Positions 1 to 11,980 of a stretch of 64,000 nucleotides of DNA are shown piece by piece. The stretch spans positions 10,664,001 through 10,728,000 of the forward strand of contig OZ249446.1 in the NCBI GenBank assembly GCA_965235115.1, written 5' to 3'. The notes below the pieces were generated by a model, which was not told the origin of the DNA, made no database searches, and worked only from the letters and a program-made list of their open reading frames with translations. The stretch comes from Laetmonice hystrix. Taxonomy: Eukaryota. A program made the position numbers and the translations under genes. Within the stretch, counting starts at the first letter, position 1. Every line of letters begins with the position of its first letter.

Positions 1-1560
1 GAGAAAGGTGTTGGGGATGTCAATCAGTGTCACACGGGAAGTTTTCAGACCAAGAGCCTTGAGTCATTTTGAGGGATCGAGGGCGGAGAATACGGTACCA
101 GAACATTGCGTAGTCAACTCCAAGTAAACCAATTCCGTCCCTCCCTATGGAGGATACAATATCGTATTGTTAACCAGTCCGCTCTGACTGAGTGGTTCCG
201 ACCTGAAGATCCTGTCCTTGCCAAATAGAGCTCATCCTCCCGCCAAGGACAGAACTGTGGCGGTTGTGAACGCTATGGACGGATGACCTCGACCCCAAGG
301 ATCATATACACCTGCTGAGAGAACATCTGTTATGACCCAGGCAGGTCTCCACTAAGGGTCTCATCGTAAATATTTTCAAGGCTCTTGCTAACTGGTCCAA
401 AGTGTGCATAATGTTTACGTATTTTAAGTAGCATTAGAGAGTACCTTTTATGGTATAGTTTAGATTTTTTACTGTATCTGCACCAACATCAGAAGCTGTT
501 TGGAAAATGTATAGTCCGTGAGCCAGTCGGGTTGGTTTAGTACTATCGGCTACCATCCACTGTTTGTAGTGATCTTCGCACATTTTCAAACTCTAGACAT
601 TGCTTTCCAAAAATCAGTTTGAGAATAATTGGTTTCGGAAGATGTTTCACCTTCTATTCGACATTCGTCCCTCTGGGATGTTTTGACAGGAGCTCTGGTC
701 TCTTGTAACTAGGCCTATTCCTCCTGAAACCCGGTGTTGTCATCCTCGTTTTCAGCTTGGAAACCTACCCGTGTATCTCATTCAGTTGTTGGCTTTGTTG
801 GATTCGGTTCAGTTGAGCTAGAAATTAGGCAGAGATTTTGGATCCTGTATCACACGACAGGTATGTTGAAATTGCCCCCCCCCCCCCCCCAAACACTTCC
901 GATAATAACGAGTGTATAAACTACTCCTCGGTTCGTGAGGACAGCCCCCAGCATGCAATGCGACAGACCACCCGGTATCTGACGCATGCGTACACGTTCC
1001 ACTTTATTCATGACTCACCACTTGACGTACGTTCGTGTTTACATCTTGTAGTAAATCTATTTTTAAACTTTTTACTTCTTCCACGATTTAAACCGATGGT
1101 TTTGAGAGAGCATTAACTTAACAGAGAGCAATGCCTGGCGTAGCGTTTCAGATTTAGAGAATTGTATCATGTGTTTCTTTATTGCCAAACTTTGCGGGTA
1201 GATTTGCGAGTTTTAAAATCACGTTTGCTGCGAGATGACGCGTGACGTGACGAGCCGTGATATAGGACCAGATTTCATGCTAACTCCTGTTCCACAAAAC
1301 CTGCGTGTCACAGAGGCTTCAACTAATAGCCATAATCAGTCTACAGGTTAAGCGTGAACGTGTAAAATTACCAAAAAGAATGTTAAACCGTCATGCCCTG
1401 TACCCGGCTCACAGAAATCGTCATAAAACGTATCGTTCACCGATTATAACGTTTCTGAAACATTTATTAAATGTTCGTTGCTATCTGGGTACCTGCCTGA
1501 AAGAGATCGCGATGAAGTGATTTAAAAAAATCATGCCATAGCTCCAGCCATGGAAACAGT

Positions 1561-1710
1561 TCGGCTCTCCAGATTTGGATGGCACAAGTCAGCAGGCTGC
1601 CGAATAGTCCGGTGGAAGGACTTCCCTTTCCGTGCTGTGAGAGTGATCCGGCCGGGGCAATTCTATGTATCTTACCCGTTACGTCACGGCAGTTCCCCGA
1701 ATTGAGCCGA
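1561..1710 (-). mobile_element. ~150-bp dispersed non-autonomous element (family A), copy with short TIR TCGGCTC...GAGCCGA
   Basis: Homologous to 11675-11826, 14003-14147 and 63477-63566. 7-bp terminal inverted repeats. Confidence 0.7.
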
Positions 1711-3702
1711 TGAAATTGAACCAGAGGTTTAACCAATCAGGAAACAGAGAATTAACCAATCTTGGTTAAAGTCTGAGTTAACCACGATTTTAACCAACTT
1801 GGTTAACTTTACCATTTTGTTTAAACCGGGGCCTGAAGCCCTCAGACATCTGTGACTCCATATACAGGTAGATGGTGTCTGTGTGACCACCTTGACTGTC
1901 ACCGCAGACCTGCATGAGACACCTGTGATGTCTGTGTGACCACCATGATTGTGACCACCTGGAGACATGTCACACCTGTGACTCCATGCAGGTTGCTAGG
2001 TAACTCAGCCTGGATGCAGAATGTCCACAAATATCAGAGCACAGCTCCCAGTCACACCGATCTTGATCAAATATCTCTATCGCTCCGGCTTTAGAGGTTT
2101 ATCAAGTGGCGCTTGTTGAACGAGATGTAGGCCCCTATAGAAGCGAAGCTAACTCGCTAAGTCAGCCAAGAAATTCCTACAGGTACGGATGGGTGCGGGG
2201 CAGAAACCTGTGCCATACATGAAAGTGTGTTATCATAAATCCATGTGTACCGACCAAATAATCTAAGCCACACTCTGGGACAGTAGAGGTGTCTACAGAA
2301 TGAACCCTCCCTCCCCCCCGACAGTGCTGACAATCAGGGAGGATATACAATTAAACAAGATAAAATCTCAGCTTTATCACCCAGATTTACCACAGATGGT
2401 CACATCGGGTAAGCGTGGAAAGAAGGGGACATTGATAATTGATACATAAATGTTGTAGAAGGGGCAGAGATTCAGAAAAATATAGTTTCCGTCAAGGTAT
2501 GGATCTATAAGAGGGAGACACCAAGGGGGGGGGGGTCATTACAGCGAGGGTTTTGCTGTAGTTTTGTCATTTAGACCAGACTGCATTCCTCCATACAGTT
2601 CTAACACCCACCCCCTCGTAATCCTAAGTCCACAGGCCCTATACTTGCTTGCAAAAACTGTCCAAATCTACACGGTTGGTTTAGTTAAAGAGGCTGATGA
2701 ACATTTTCTCTGTGTGGACAAAGCCACGGTTCACGTGGAGTTCCTATTTCCATCACGTTAGAAGAACGGCATGACTTAGAGCCAGTAGTCGCGTCCCGTT
2801 TACGTATGTACCGAGCGTAGGAATATCACATTCACAGGTCAAAGGTCAAGTAGAAGGTCCCTTAAAGCTGTTATGCGGGCCCAGGGACCTGGAGGTTGGA
2901 ATTATTTGTTCTCCAGTCTGTGAGCAGACCCGGTGACCAGACTGACGGGACGCTAGGGTCTGTCCGTGACATTATTCTGGTTTATGAGATGTCTCCGACA
3001 TGGTGAGAGTATACAATAACGACATGTAAACAACAGCCCTCCAACGACTGCAGTGAGTCAGGACAAAAACTGAGTTCACTATACACAGCCTGAACGGTGC
3101 CAAGTCGGTATCGTTATCCAAGTTAGATCATAGTTTACACTCTATAAACATGAGCCTAATCCGACACGGCGGATTTGTACCTTAAAAAAATAAATCGACT
3201 TGTTGTATTTCAATTTTGTGGATTCCTTTACGTATAACACTGCGCTTTAGGCCGCACAGATATCTGAGGTATGGGGTATGGCATAATTTTGATCATATAA
3301 AATGCCGACAGGTATGATCACTTAATAAATATTGGGAGGACATTGAAAAGAAATTGTGTTACTGCTATTTTTGTCACCAAAAAATGATCCAAGTTCAACG
3401 TTTGCGGAGGAATACATGTGGAGAGAAGTAGTGCACGGAATGAGAAGTTGACAGATTTATGTTCTCAGTATAAATCTATGAGAAACTAATGATGATGGGA
3501 AACGTTTTTTTTCTTTGTGGAATGAAGTCGTAAAGAAGTTGACCACTGACCACAACAATGACCCAATTGTGTTGGTGGCACACACTGAGTGGTGTAAAAG
3601 ATACCCACGGGTGAGGGGCCTGTAGGTCAAGGGAGGGTGGACCCCCATGATAATATTCCCCGAAATTTGGGGGTAAGAACTAAGAAGTCTAGTCCCTATA
3701 TG

Positions 3703-3920
3703 CCTAACCTCAACCCCTAGTCCACATACCTAACCTTAACCCCTAGTCCACATACCTAGCCTTAACCCCTAGTCCCCATACCTAACCTTAACCCCTAGTC
3801 CCCATACCTAACATTAACCCCTAGTCCCCATACCTAACCCTAACCCCTAGTCCACATACCTAACATTAACCCCTAGTCCCCATACCTAACATTAACCCCT
3901 AGTCCCCAGGACTAACCCTA
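3703..3920 (+). repeat. 26-bp tandem repeat containing telomere-like CCTAAC/TTAACCC words (~8 copies)
   Basis: Unit cctaaccttaacccctagtcc(c/a)cata. Confidence 0.9.
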
Positions 3921-4398
3921 TCTCCTACTCCCAGTCCCCAGACCTCCGCCAAACTCTTACCCTCGCCATACCCTGAATATCATGTGCATGTTACCACCAG
4001 GAATGGCCCAGGGAGTGGGTAAAGTCAGTCGATCCACCCCACTCTGAGATGTCACACCGCCCCAAGAATGGAAGGTCCCAATAGATCACAGGCCAATCGA
4101 CCACAATGTATAAATGTATGCTGTAAAGTGTGACACTTGAACCCAGCGGGGGCACGGTATACCCCCAGTGTCCCGTTAAACGGGTCGGTGAGGTTACCCA
4201 CAGCCCAGTGAGGGGGTGGAGAATAGACTTCACAGCCAGGGGTACAGCGGGGTGTGTATAGAGGGTTGTCACGGGACCGGGGGCATGCATGGCCTTGTCC
4301 ACTCATGTGGAGAAAGGTCTCTCAGAGGTATAGCCCGTATATAACCTGTTACCTCATAGCTCTCACCGAACTCGGAATTTGGTGACGGGTACCATGTG

Positions 4399-4712
4399 AG
4401 GCCAAAAGAAAAGTTTCGTTTCTTGTCCTGGCGCGCGTCACCAGAGTGAAAAATCCAACTGCTTCATATTTGTGGTGGGCAGTGTAGCGCTGTGTCCGGA
4501 CGTTGCAATGGTTCTCTGTATGGTGTCTGGTGGAGTGTCAGCTATAAGTTTTTCACTTTCTTTATCACAAATATTGCATTAGTTTTGTTTTCTTCAATAT
4601 TTCTCAATGTATCAAACAGCAATCACATTGTCTGGTTGCATCAATAAAAAAAACGCGTCACCGCACCAACTTTATTTATTTGAAAGGACAAGCAACGAAC
4701 TTTTTGGGGCCT
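4399..4712. mobile_element. ~315-bp MITE with ~30-bp TIR (AGGCC-AAAAAGTT-CGTT-CTTGTCCT)
   Basis: Ends are reverse complements of each other. A ~60-nt homologous end occurs at 37374-37436. Confidence 0.65.
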
Positions 4713-6605
4713 AATGATGACAAATATAGCACAAACTAACACATGCGTGCTCACTGTGTTGTACACTATGTGGGAAGGGTAGTCCACGGTTTATACATAA
4801 TCAATAGCTCGTTTGGAGGAGCCAAATGACGTGTCATAGAAATCTCATTAGTCCCCTCGAGCAAATTAAAGACTTCTCCCCACCATCTGACCACGTGACC
4901 AGGTCACGTGACCATTGCACGCATGCGCACATCGCTAACGAGAAGAGACCCTCGCTAGTTATACAATTACAAGATAGCATGTGATTTAAATTAACATAAA
5001 ATTAATGTTTACATGTTTATTGCATGATTCTAAGGCATGTAAAGTAAAGACATGGCCGCAATGATTGGGTCAGAGATTTCAGAGACGCTAACACCAAGTG
5101 TGGTGTAAAATCTGTGGTTATGCAGCCAGCCGAGCCGTCCTCAGTCAGCGAGTCGAACGGTCCGCAGTCAAGGCCTCGGTTAAGTTTTAAAGACTGCCAA
5201 CAGGGGCGGAAGTGCAACTTGTGGCCAGTCTATAATACGCTACGGGCGCTTGAGGGTATAGACAACCTCTATATGGCCTGGAGGGGGCCATGTGGACACT
5301 GAGCCTGGAGGGGGACAGACGGCCATTGGGCCTGTCGCCTGGACACGTCAGACTAACTTGACATAAAAGGTTTGGAAAGAAAAATGTAAGGGAAGTGACC
5401 CAGAGGGGAAGCGACCAGGATGTTCTGTCATTAACACCAGGGGAACACACACATGAGTGGTGGTGGTGGTGGTGCCTCCAGGTACGGTGTCCTTAAAGTA
5501 CAAATACGGGACTCCAGAAGGAATGTTGGAAGGTGAAGTATGGCGGAAAACTTGATTTACTTCAGGTCAAGTTAGATGACCTGGTGTGGTCTGTCTGCCA
5601 GCTGGGCGTCATTGACATCTGGAATGTTTAAGAGCACCGTGGTTTTCCGCTCGGCGGCTGAGAGCAATACGTTTGTCAAGGAAGACATCAGAACCACACC
5701 ATGTGCACCATTCACACTCTCTCAACGTTGTAAGTTATGAATCACTGCCGCAGTGATGGCTGTTAACTCTCTCAGATCATTCAGACAGTTTACAGTCACA
5801 GATGCCATTCCAGAGTCTGACTAATTGAACTACCTGAGGGCAGAGTTCATCAGCCACTGAAAGCACCTGTCAGGGAGAGTAGCACGAGGTCGGACTGACT
5901 CGAGGTGTGATGAAGGCCATTACACCGCTCGTTCCGGTTCCACCAGAGTGAAATTCTGTGGGGTTGCACTGGAAAATAAGGTATAACCGAAGTGTTCACT
6001 TTGATCTGTGACCCTTTCAAACGTGGTATGCGAGTCCGACTATTGCTGAGGTTCGGAGAGTCCGCACTGTATGATCGGGAACCATGGCCCAGACATGAAC
6101 TACCATTATGTGTTCTATGTCTCGGAAAGACGTTAGGTAACTAAGTGTGGTCCAAACCAGAGTGGTTTATAGATCCATGAACCGTGGCTGTCCTGAAGTC
6201 GGGGTCTCTCAGTACATGGCGAGCTTAAGGACACAAACTTAGACATGTTTCTGTGTAGACAACCTCCATTTTTATACTCTACAGATTGTCCAGGTTTCAG
6301 TATATGCAGTGACGAGTATTTACCGTATATACCATACCTTGCTGCATTAATGATTCCACAACAGCCAATACTTAAACTAAAGTACCTGCCTGTTAACGCA
6401 GTTATCCAAAAGATGTATCTACGCACACATCTAAATTAAGATACAAATTACGTACATTGTAATATGTTGCATTGCAATGAATGGCTTCCATTAACACGAG
6501 GCTTCCCCCTGTCTCTCTCTATCTCTCTGTCTCTGTCTGTCTCTCTCTCTCTCAGATGATATAGTTGCAATGTTGACATAATGTTCTCTGTGTCCGTTCT
6601 GGCAG

Positions 6606-6788
6606 TGTTGTCCTGCCTGCGGAGCGCAACTGGTCCTCTTCAGGGAGAAATTTGGCGGGCGTTCGCCGCGAAGTCCCGGATCTGAAGCTGGCAGCAGTCC
6701 GCCGCAAGGTGGCGTTAGTGGGGTGACGGGAGGCTGGGTGTGTACGAAGTGCGGCATTCATATCGTCCCTACTCCAGATCGGACACAG
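6606..6788 (+). CDS. Exon encoding CCPACGAQLVLF...GGWVCTKCGIHIVPTPDRTQ (CxxC...CxxC zinc-ribbon-like)
   Basis: Acceptor ttctggcag|, donor CAG|GTGAGT. 183 nt, phase 0-0. An in-frame TAA lies 27 nt upstream, so this frame is absent from the ORF track. Confidence 0.7.
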
Positions 6789-8950
6789 GTGAGTTACCAT
6801 GCTTACAGCCTCCCTCAACATGATACCAGATACCAACATGGGTATTCGCTATGGAACGGATACTTCCAGAACGTTAAAATACTATCCTGCTGATGATACC
6901 GGAGATATTAATTATATGGCAATAGGCCTAATAAGATTTTTTTAATTTCTGAAATAAAGACATTGATTTATTTATGCGAAAACAATGAAGAGACAGAGTA
7001 GGTCTAAATATGGTAAGAGGGCAAGTTGTAAACCACCACGGTCCGAAGCAATGTTAGAATCGTTTTACTCCTGACAACTTGACTGTTTAAGTTGTATGTG
7101 GGTTTAAATATATATAATGTCATTTAGATGTCAACAGGAGCATTATATACCTGTCCTTTCTGTCCCGTACCCGAACCAAGAGATGCCAGCAGTGCCCCAA
7201 CCCCTCGTGACCTTTGACCCCCTAGAGTGTGCATGTAATTGTGACGTCTTCCATTGTGACGTTGGCCATTGGTGCGTTTTTTCTTTATGCGTCATGTGGT
7301 TTGTCATTATGGTTGAGGGTACTGCCATGTGGGGTGCGGGGTTAACTCAGGAACCCCCCTGGAGTGACATTGACGAGGTCCACGGGAGTGGTGGACTGAG
7401 GACAAGGGTTCTAGCCGCCCTCCGCCCACATGGGGTGAAACCCTTACTTGTCAGGATATATCATGTTGACCTTGGCCTCCTCCCCAGTCATTATGAGCGT
7501 GTGTTCATAGAAATGTTTTGTACGAAGATCAAGGCGTGTCTGGGCTGTCGTCACCCTCCAGGGGGTGGACATTCGTTCTTTGATCAACCAAATCGAGTTG
7601 TACATGACCTGGCAGTCACGTTCTACCCAACAGTAGGGTGAGGTTTCATTTGTCCCTTCCTTCCAGACATAGGCCTGCATGTGTTTGTCCTTGGTTCAAC
7701 AGGTAATCGTCGATATTATGTTCTCGATACCAGTATATAGTCCCTCATGTGTAAAGATAGGTCTACCGTTACAGAGCTCCGCCCCAACCTCACCCGATGA
7801 CAAAAAACCCAGCGATGACCAGAGCGCAAAGAAATCTTCTAGTAAGCCCAACAGCCGCGAGGCGTCGCCTCATAGGTCTCCTGACCACCAGGGGTCGCCT
7901 GGGTCGCCAGGGAAACAGCCCAATAGCGCCACCTCGCCGACATCGCCCAAGGCTCCTGTAGTTCTGGGTACGTTTATTTCCTCTCACCTAGTAACATTCA
8001 CACCAAATTTAGGGGTATTGGACTTTTAGTGTTGACCACCAAATCTGTTTGATTTAGGAAAGTGAATCTCTGATTCATTTCCTCAGCAGAAATGTTCCTC
8101 ACGCGTAGTTTATCCTGTTGTTTATCCAACGTGAGATACAAATATGCCAATATTTTTCTCTTAGATGACGACTACGAGGTGTGGGAACGCCAGGTAAAGA
8201 ATGCCTTCATGGCGTTCCTGAACCAGATCCGGGGCCGGCTTGGACACAAGGAGACCTCTCTCAAACAATATCAGGTGACGCTGTGTCAGCGCGAGCGGAC
8301 ACTCCGCAGTAACGAGGAGACCATGCAGCAGAGAATTAATAAAATCAAACAGGGGGAGCAGAACTTCCGGACCAAGATGGACCGTCTCAATCTGTACAAG
8401 GAGACAATGATCCATCAGCTGGAAGCTAAAGCCAAACAGTTAACGCAGTACGAGCAGCGCCTGCGCAATATGGACTTCCGTTCGTCGCATACAGACATGC
8501 GCGGGTCGGTGAGGGACATCCGGGTTCCAAGTGTTGATTACAGACAAATGAAAGACGCTTTGAACTCAAGCGTGTCAAGCGCAAGGAATACGAGCGCTGA
8601 TTCTCGTACTGCAAACGGTGACGTTTGGAACGTCAGCGCAGTGAGCGATAATAAAAGAAAAGTAGGTGTGACCTCTCTGAGTGAAGGTCGCCAACAGGTG
8701 CAGAAATCTCCTGAACAGTGGAATCATATTGGAAGTCAGCGCCCGACGAGCAGACCGGAAGTCACCGACGCTCGGCCTGCAGTGGCGCCCCCAGCGGCGG
8801 TTAATGTGCGGGGGTCACACTCCCAGAGTGCAATGGTGAGGGACTTCCTACCAACGGGAGCAACTTCTGCAAATATAAATCAGATTTACACACGGGATGG
8901 CCCTGGTGTATACAGTCGTCCACAACCGCCTCAAAAACCAAAATATAGCC

Positions 8951-8984
<34 letters not shown>

Positions 8985-9657
8985 ACAGCAGCAGCAGCAG
9001 CAGAAACAGCAGCAGCAGCAAAATCAGCAGCAGCAGAAGCAGCAGAAGCACTATATCAATAGCAGTTTTGCAGACAACAGTAATTACATGTACGACAAGA
9101 AACGGTCTCACGCACAAGAAAACGCGGCCGCCCACAAGCCTACCTCGCCAAATGGTTCCGTATTCGAGTTACGCACAAAACAGTCCCCACTGAATCCGGC
9201 GAGTAACGGGTCAGTGTTGGACGTACGAACAAAACTTCCACGCAAAGGACAACCTACTAGTCCCAGCAGAGAAACGTCTTCCCAGCGGTGGTCCACTCAG
9301 GCTAACTTACACGTCGCTAACGGCCCAACCTCCGTTGCTAAGCCGCATGTTGTGACGTCATTTATTGAAAACGACAGCATGAGCCTTTCCAGTTCCTCTC
9401 ATCAGCATCACTCACCCTCCGATAGGGAGCGCTCTACATCCGGGCTCTCTGACCTGTCGCCGACGTATACGACGAGCGGGTACGCGTCTGACAGAGACAC
9501 ATCTGTTAATGGCGGTCGCCGCCAGGGAGACGGCGCTCAGAGAGAGGCTCATAACGTGTCTTTTGATGACGTATTGAGCACGTCAAGCCCTCAGAACACT
9601 GTGGATACGAGGCCACCGTGGATGAAACGACGGTCAAGGAGACTGACCGAGGTGTGA
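6606..9657 (+). CDS. 5'-partial spliced gene: zinc-ribbon / coiled-coil / poly-Q protein ending in -TEV (exons 6606-6788, 7775-7967, 8165-9657; 622 aa visible)
   Basis: All junctions are GT-AG with matching phases (0, then 1). Summed coding length is 1869 nt = 623 codons with no internal stop, ending TGA at 9657. Upstream exons were not found. Confidence 0.75.
7775..7967 (+). CDS. Ser/Pro-rich linker exon (SSAPTSPDDKK...SPKAPVVL)
   Basis: Acceptor ccgttacag|AGC, donor CTGG|GTACGT. Phase 0-1. Lies inside ORF 7679..8029. Confidence 0.75.
8165..9657 (+). CDS. Terminal coding exon: coiled coil (DDDYEVWERQVK...YEQRLRNM), low-complexity region, poly-Q, ends RRSRRLTEV*
   Basis: Acceptor tttttctcttag|AT, phase 1. 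1.49-kb open frame, the longest non-repeat ORF in the window. Confidence 0.88.
8956..9045 (+). repeat. Coding CAG repeat (interrupted poly-glutamine)
   Basis: CAG runs interrupted by AAA/AAG/AAT codons: Q9-K-Q6-K-Q5-N-Q4-K-Q2. Confidence 0.95.
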
Positions 9658-9876
9658 CGAAGAGGTCGACAAGCGCCTTACTATCGGGCAAAACTCTTAG
9701 ATTTTACAATTCTCCATTAAACATTGCACAAATCTTCATGCCAGGGGATTTTATCATGATATTTGTTCAGCGTGGTGAGGTAGGGCCATTGCAACACACG
9801 TTTCAATAGGTCTAGATCTATAGCCTACCTGTCATATTACTATTACTGGAAGGAAGCCCGTATTTTTGCGGAGATA

Positions 9877-9882
9877 AATAAA
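9877..9882 (+). promoter_or_regulatory. Candidate polyadenylation signal of the plus-strand gene
   Basis: AATAAA 220 nt after the stop codon; motif evidence only. Confidence 0.35.
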
Positions 9883-11092
9883 ACTTGTGGTGCACCAGGA
9901 GATTAGTATTTGTCAGTGGAGAGTGAAGTCTCAGTGGCTCAGGGATCACCATGTTCTCATCACGTGATCGGAACACGTCACGTGATGTCACGTGACGTCA
10001 GGAGGGTAGTGCCTTATTATCGCCATGTTGGCCCAAACTTTCGTCTGACTTTCAATAGGTCCGAGCAGAGATTGTGGGAGGACTCTTACAATCTCTGGTC
10101 CGATATTTCGTGGGTATCTTTCGATGTAATTTTCGTGACCTTCTATCCCCTGACTATCTTCAAGAGTACTTTTCCTGACCTCGTTAAAGAGAAAAGTTCC
10201 TAATAATCTCCTATTTTTCTATAAGAAAGAATAAAATCAGAACCACTGCGTCCACCCCTGACATAGGCCTCTTTCCTCTGCATGTGGCCTTCAAATGTTT
10301 TCATTGCACTTTTAACAGGCTGATGATTGTTCATCGTTTGACAACTCACATGAAATATTAGTATATATTTGTTATGTCATTCTATTACACTGTTGGTTCG
10401 CTGGTAAAAAGTTAAGAATACTACGGTTTATCATCTATCCCTAATCTTAACCTCTACGTCCAGTCCCCAGACCTCAACACAAAACCTACCCTTATCCCTA
10501 ACCCTACCGCTAAACTCTAACTTTTAACCCCTAATCACACGCCAGTCCTCGCTGACTCAGGGGGATAGTACTTTCTTTGAATGAAGAACTCTTATCTATT
10601 TGTAGCCTTCATTGAATGATTCCTATAAAATCTCCATCCTGAGTATGTAGTATTTAGGTAGTATACGATTGGTTACTATTATGTTCTTGGCACTATAGAT
10701 GAATGAGTATACAAGCAATGTTGGTTTGAATACATACATAGATCCTAGTGGATGATTGCGGTCGTGAAAGCCAAGTGTAATCGTAATAAATGTATTCCTC
10801 ATCACAAGGCCTAGGTTTTCCTTGATGTTATCGAATATATGTCAAACCTGACAAACTATGAAGTTAAATATTATCAATACTGGGTACAGAATAATGATTG
10901 ACCTAAAACGGCCATCCGATTGATGTACAGGCAGAACTTCAGTTCGATCTATACACACCTGCACTCTGGTGGAAATAGTAGACCCAACCCGAGGGGCGCT
11001 TAGACACCCGCCCTCTGGTGTTAATATAGGAGACCCAGCCCTAGCGGCACATACACACCCGCCCTCTGGTGTTAATATAGGAGACCCAACCC

Positions 11093-11143
11093 TAGCCTGA
11101 TCCCCTGCCACACAGACGTAGTCTAGATCTGAGGACCAGGCTA
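11093..11143. mobile_element. 51-bp TAG...CTA MITE with 9-bp TSD
   Basis: TIR TAGCCTGATC / GACCAGGCTA. Flanks ACCCAACCC / ACCCAACCG. Confidence 0.8.
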
Positions 11144-11208
11144 ACCCAACCGGAGCGGCACATAGGCTACACACCCGTTCTTTTGTGTTAATATAGGAGA
11201 CCCAACCC

Positions 11209-11287
11209 TAGCCTGGTCCCCTGCCACACAAACGTGTCCGCTATGTCTATATTATGTAAACGTAGTCTAGATCTGAGGACCAGGCTA
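11209..11287. mobile_element. 79-bp TAG...CTA MITE with perfect 9-bp TSD
   Basis: TIR TAGCCTGGTCC / GGACCAGGCTA. ACCCAACCC at 11200-11208 and 11288-11296; empty satellite units carry one copy. Confidence 0.85.
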
Positions 11288-11508
11288 ACCCAACCCGACC
11301 GACACATACACGCCCGCCCTCTGGTGTTAATATAGGAGGCCCAACCCGAGCGGCACATACACACCCGCCCTCTGGTGTTAATATAGGAGATCCAACCCGA
11401 GCGGCACATACACGCCTGCCCTCTGGTGTTAATATAGGAGACCCAACCCGAGCGGCACATACACGCCTGCCCTCTGGTGTTAATATAGGAGACCCAGCGG
11501 CCCAGCCC

Positions 11509-11557
11509 TAGCCTGGTCCCCTGCCAAACAGACTATATAGATCTGAGGACCAGGCTA
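11509..11557. mobile_element. 49-bp TAG...CTA MITE, third copy
   Basis: Same TIRs; flanking duplication degenerate. Confidence 0.75.
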
Positions 11558-11674
11558 ACCCAACCAGAGCGACACATACACACCCGCCCTCTGGTGTTAA
11601 TATAGGAGACCCAACCCGAGTGGCACATACACACCCGCCCTCTGGTGCAGATATCGGAGTAGACCCAACCCGAG

Positions 11675-11826
11675 CGGCTCAAGTCAGTGAACTGCCCTGA
11701 CGTCACGGGTAAGAATATAGATACAGATTCCCCAAGGGCCGTATCACTCCCACACCATAGCGTTACGAAAACGGAAGTCCTTCCACCGGACTATTCGGCA
11801 GCCTACTGACTTGTGCCACCCGGGCT
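11675..11826 (+). mobile_element. Family A element inserted in the 51-bp satellite
   Basis: Interrupts a satellite unit between gagcgg and cacat. Shares a 32-nt identical core with the copies at 1594-1625 and 14105-14136. Confidence 0.75.
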
Positions 11827-11980
11827 ACACATACACACCCGCCCTTTGGTGTTAATATAGGAGACCCAACCCCAGCGACACATGTACACACCCGCACTCT
11901 GGTGTAAATTGTGAATTATGTCTTTGGTCTATATTCACAGATGGCAGAGGAAACTCGAGGTTCTTAGATCTCCCTCTTCC

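Larger units (their letters stand above)
10966..11905 (+). repeat. 51-bp satellite interrupted by four small-element insertions
   Basis: Unit acccaacccgagcggcacatacacacccgccctctggtgttaatataggag. Confidence 0.9.

Noticed and set aside
756-860. Exon-like segment with strong donor CAG|GTATGT, and an 18-nt microexon candidate at 3251-3268
   Set aside because: The first is phase 1-1 and cannot join the phase-0 zinc-ribbon exon directly; the second is too short to support without RNA data.
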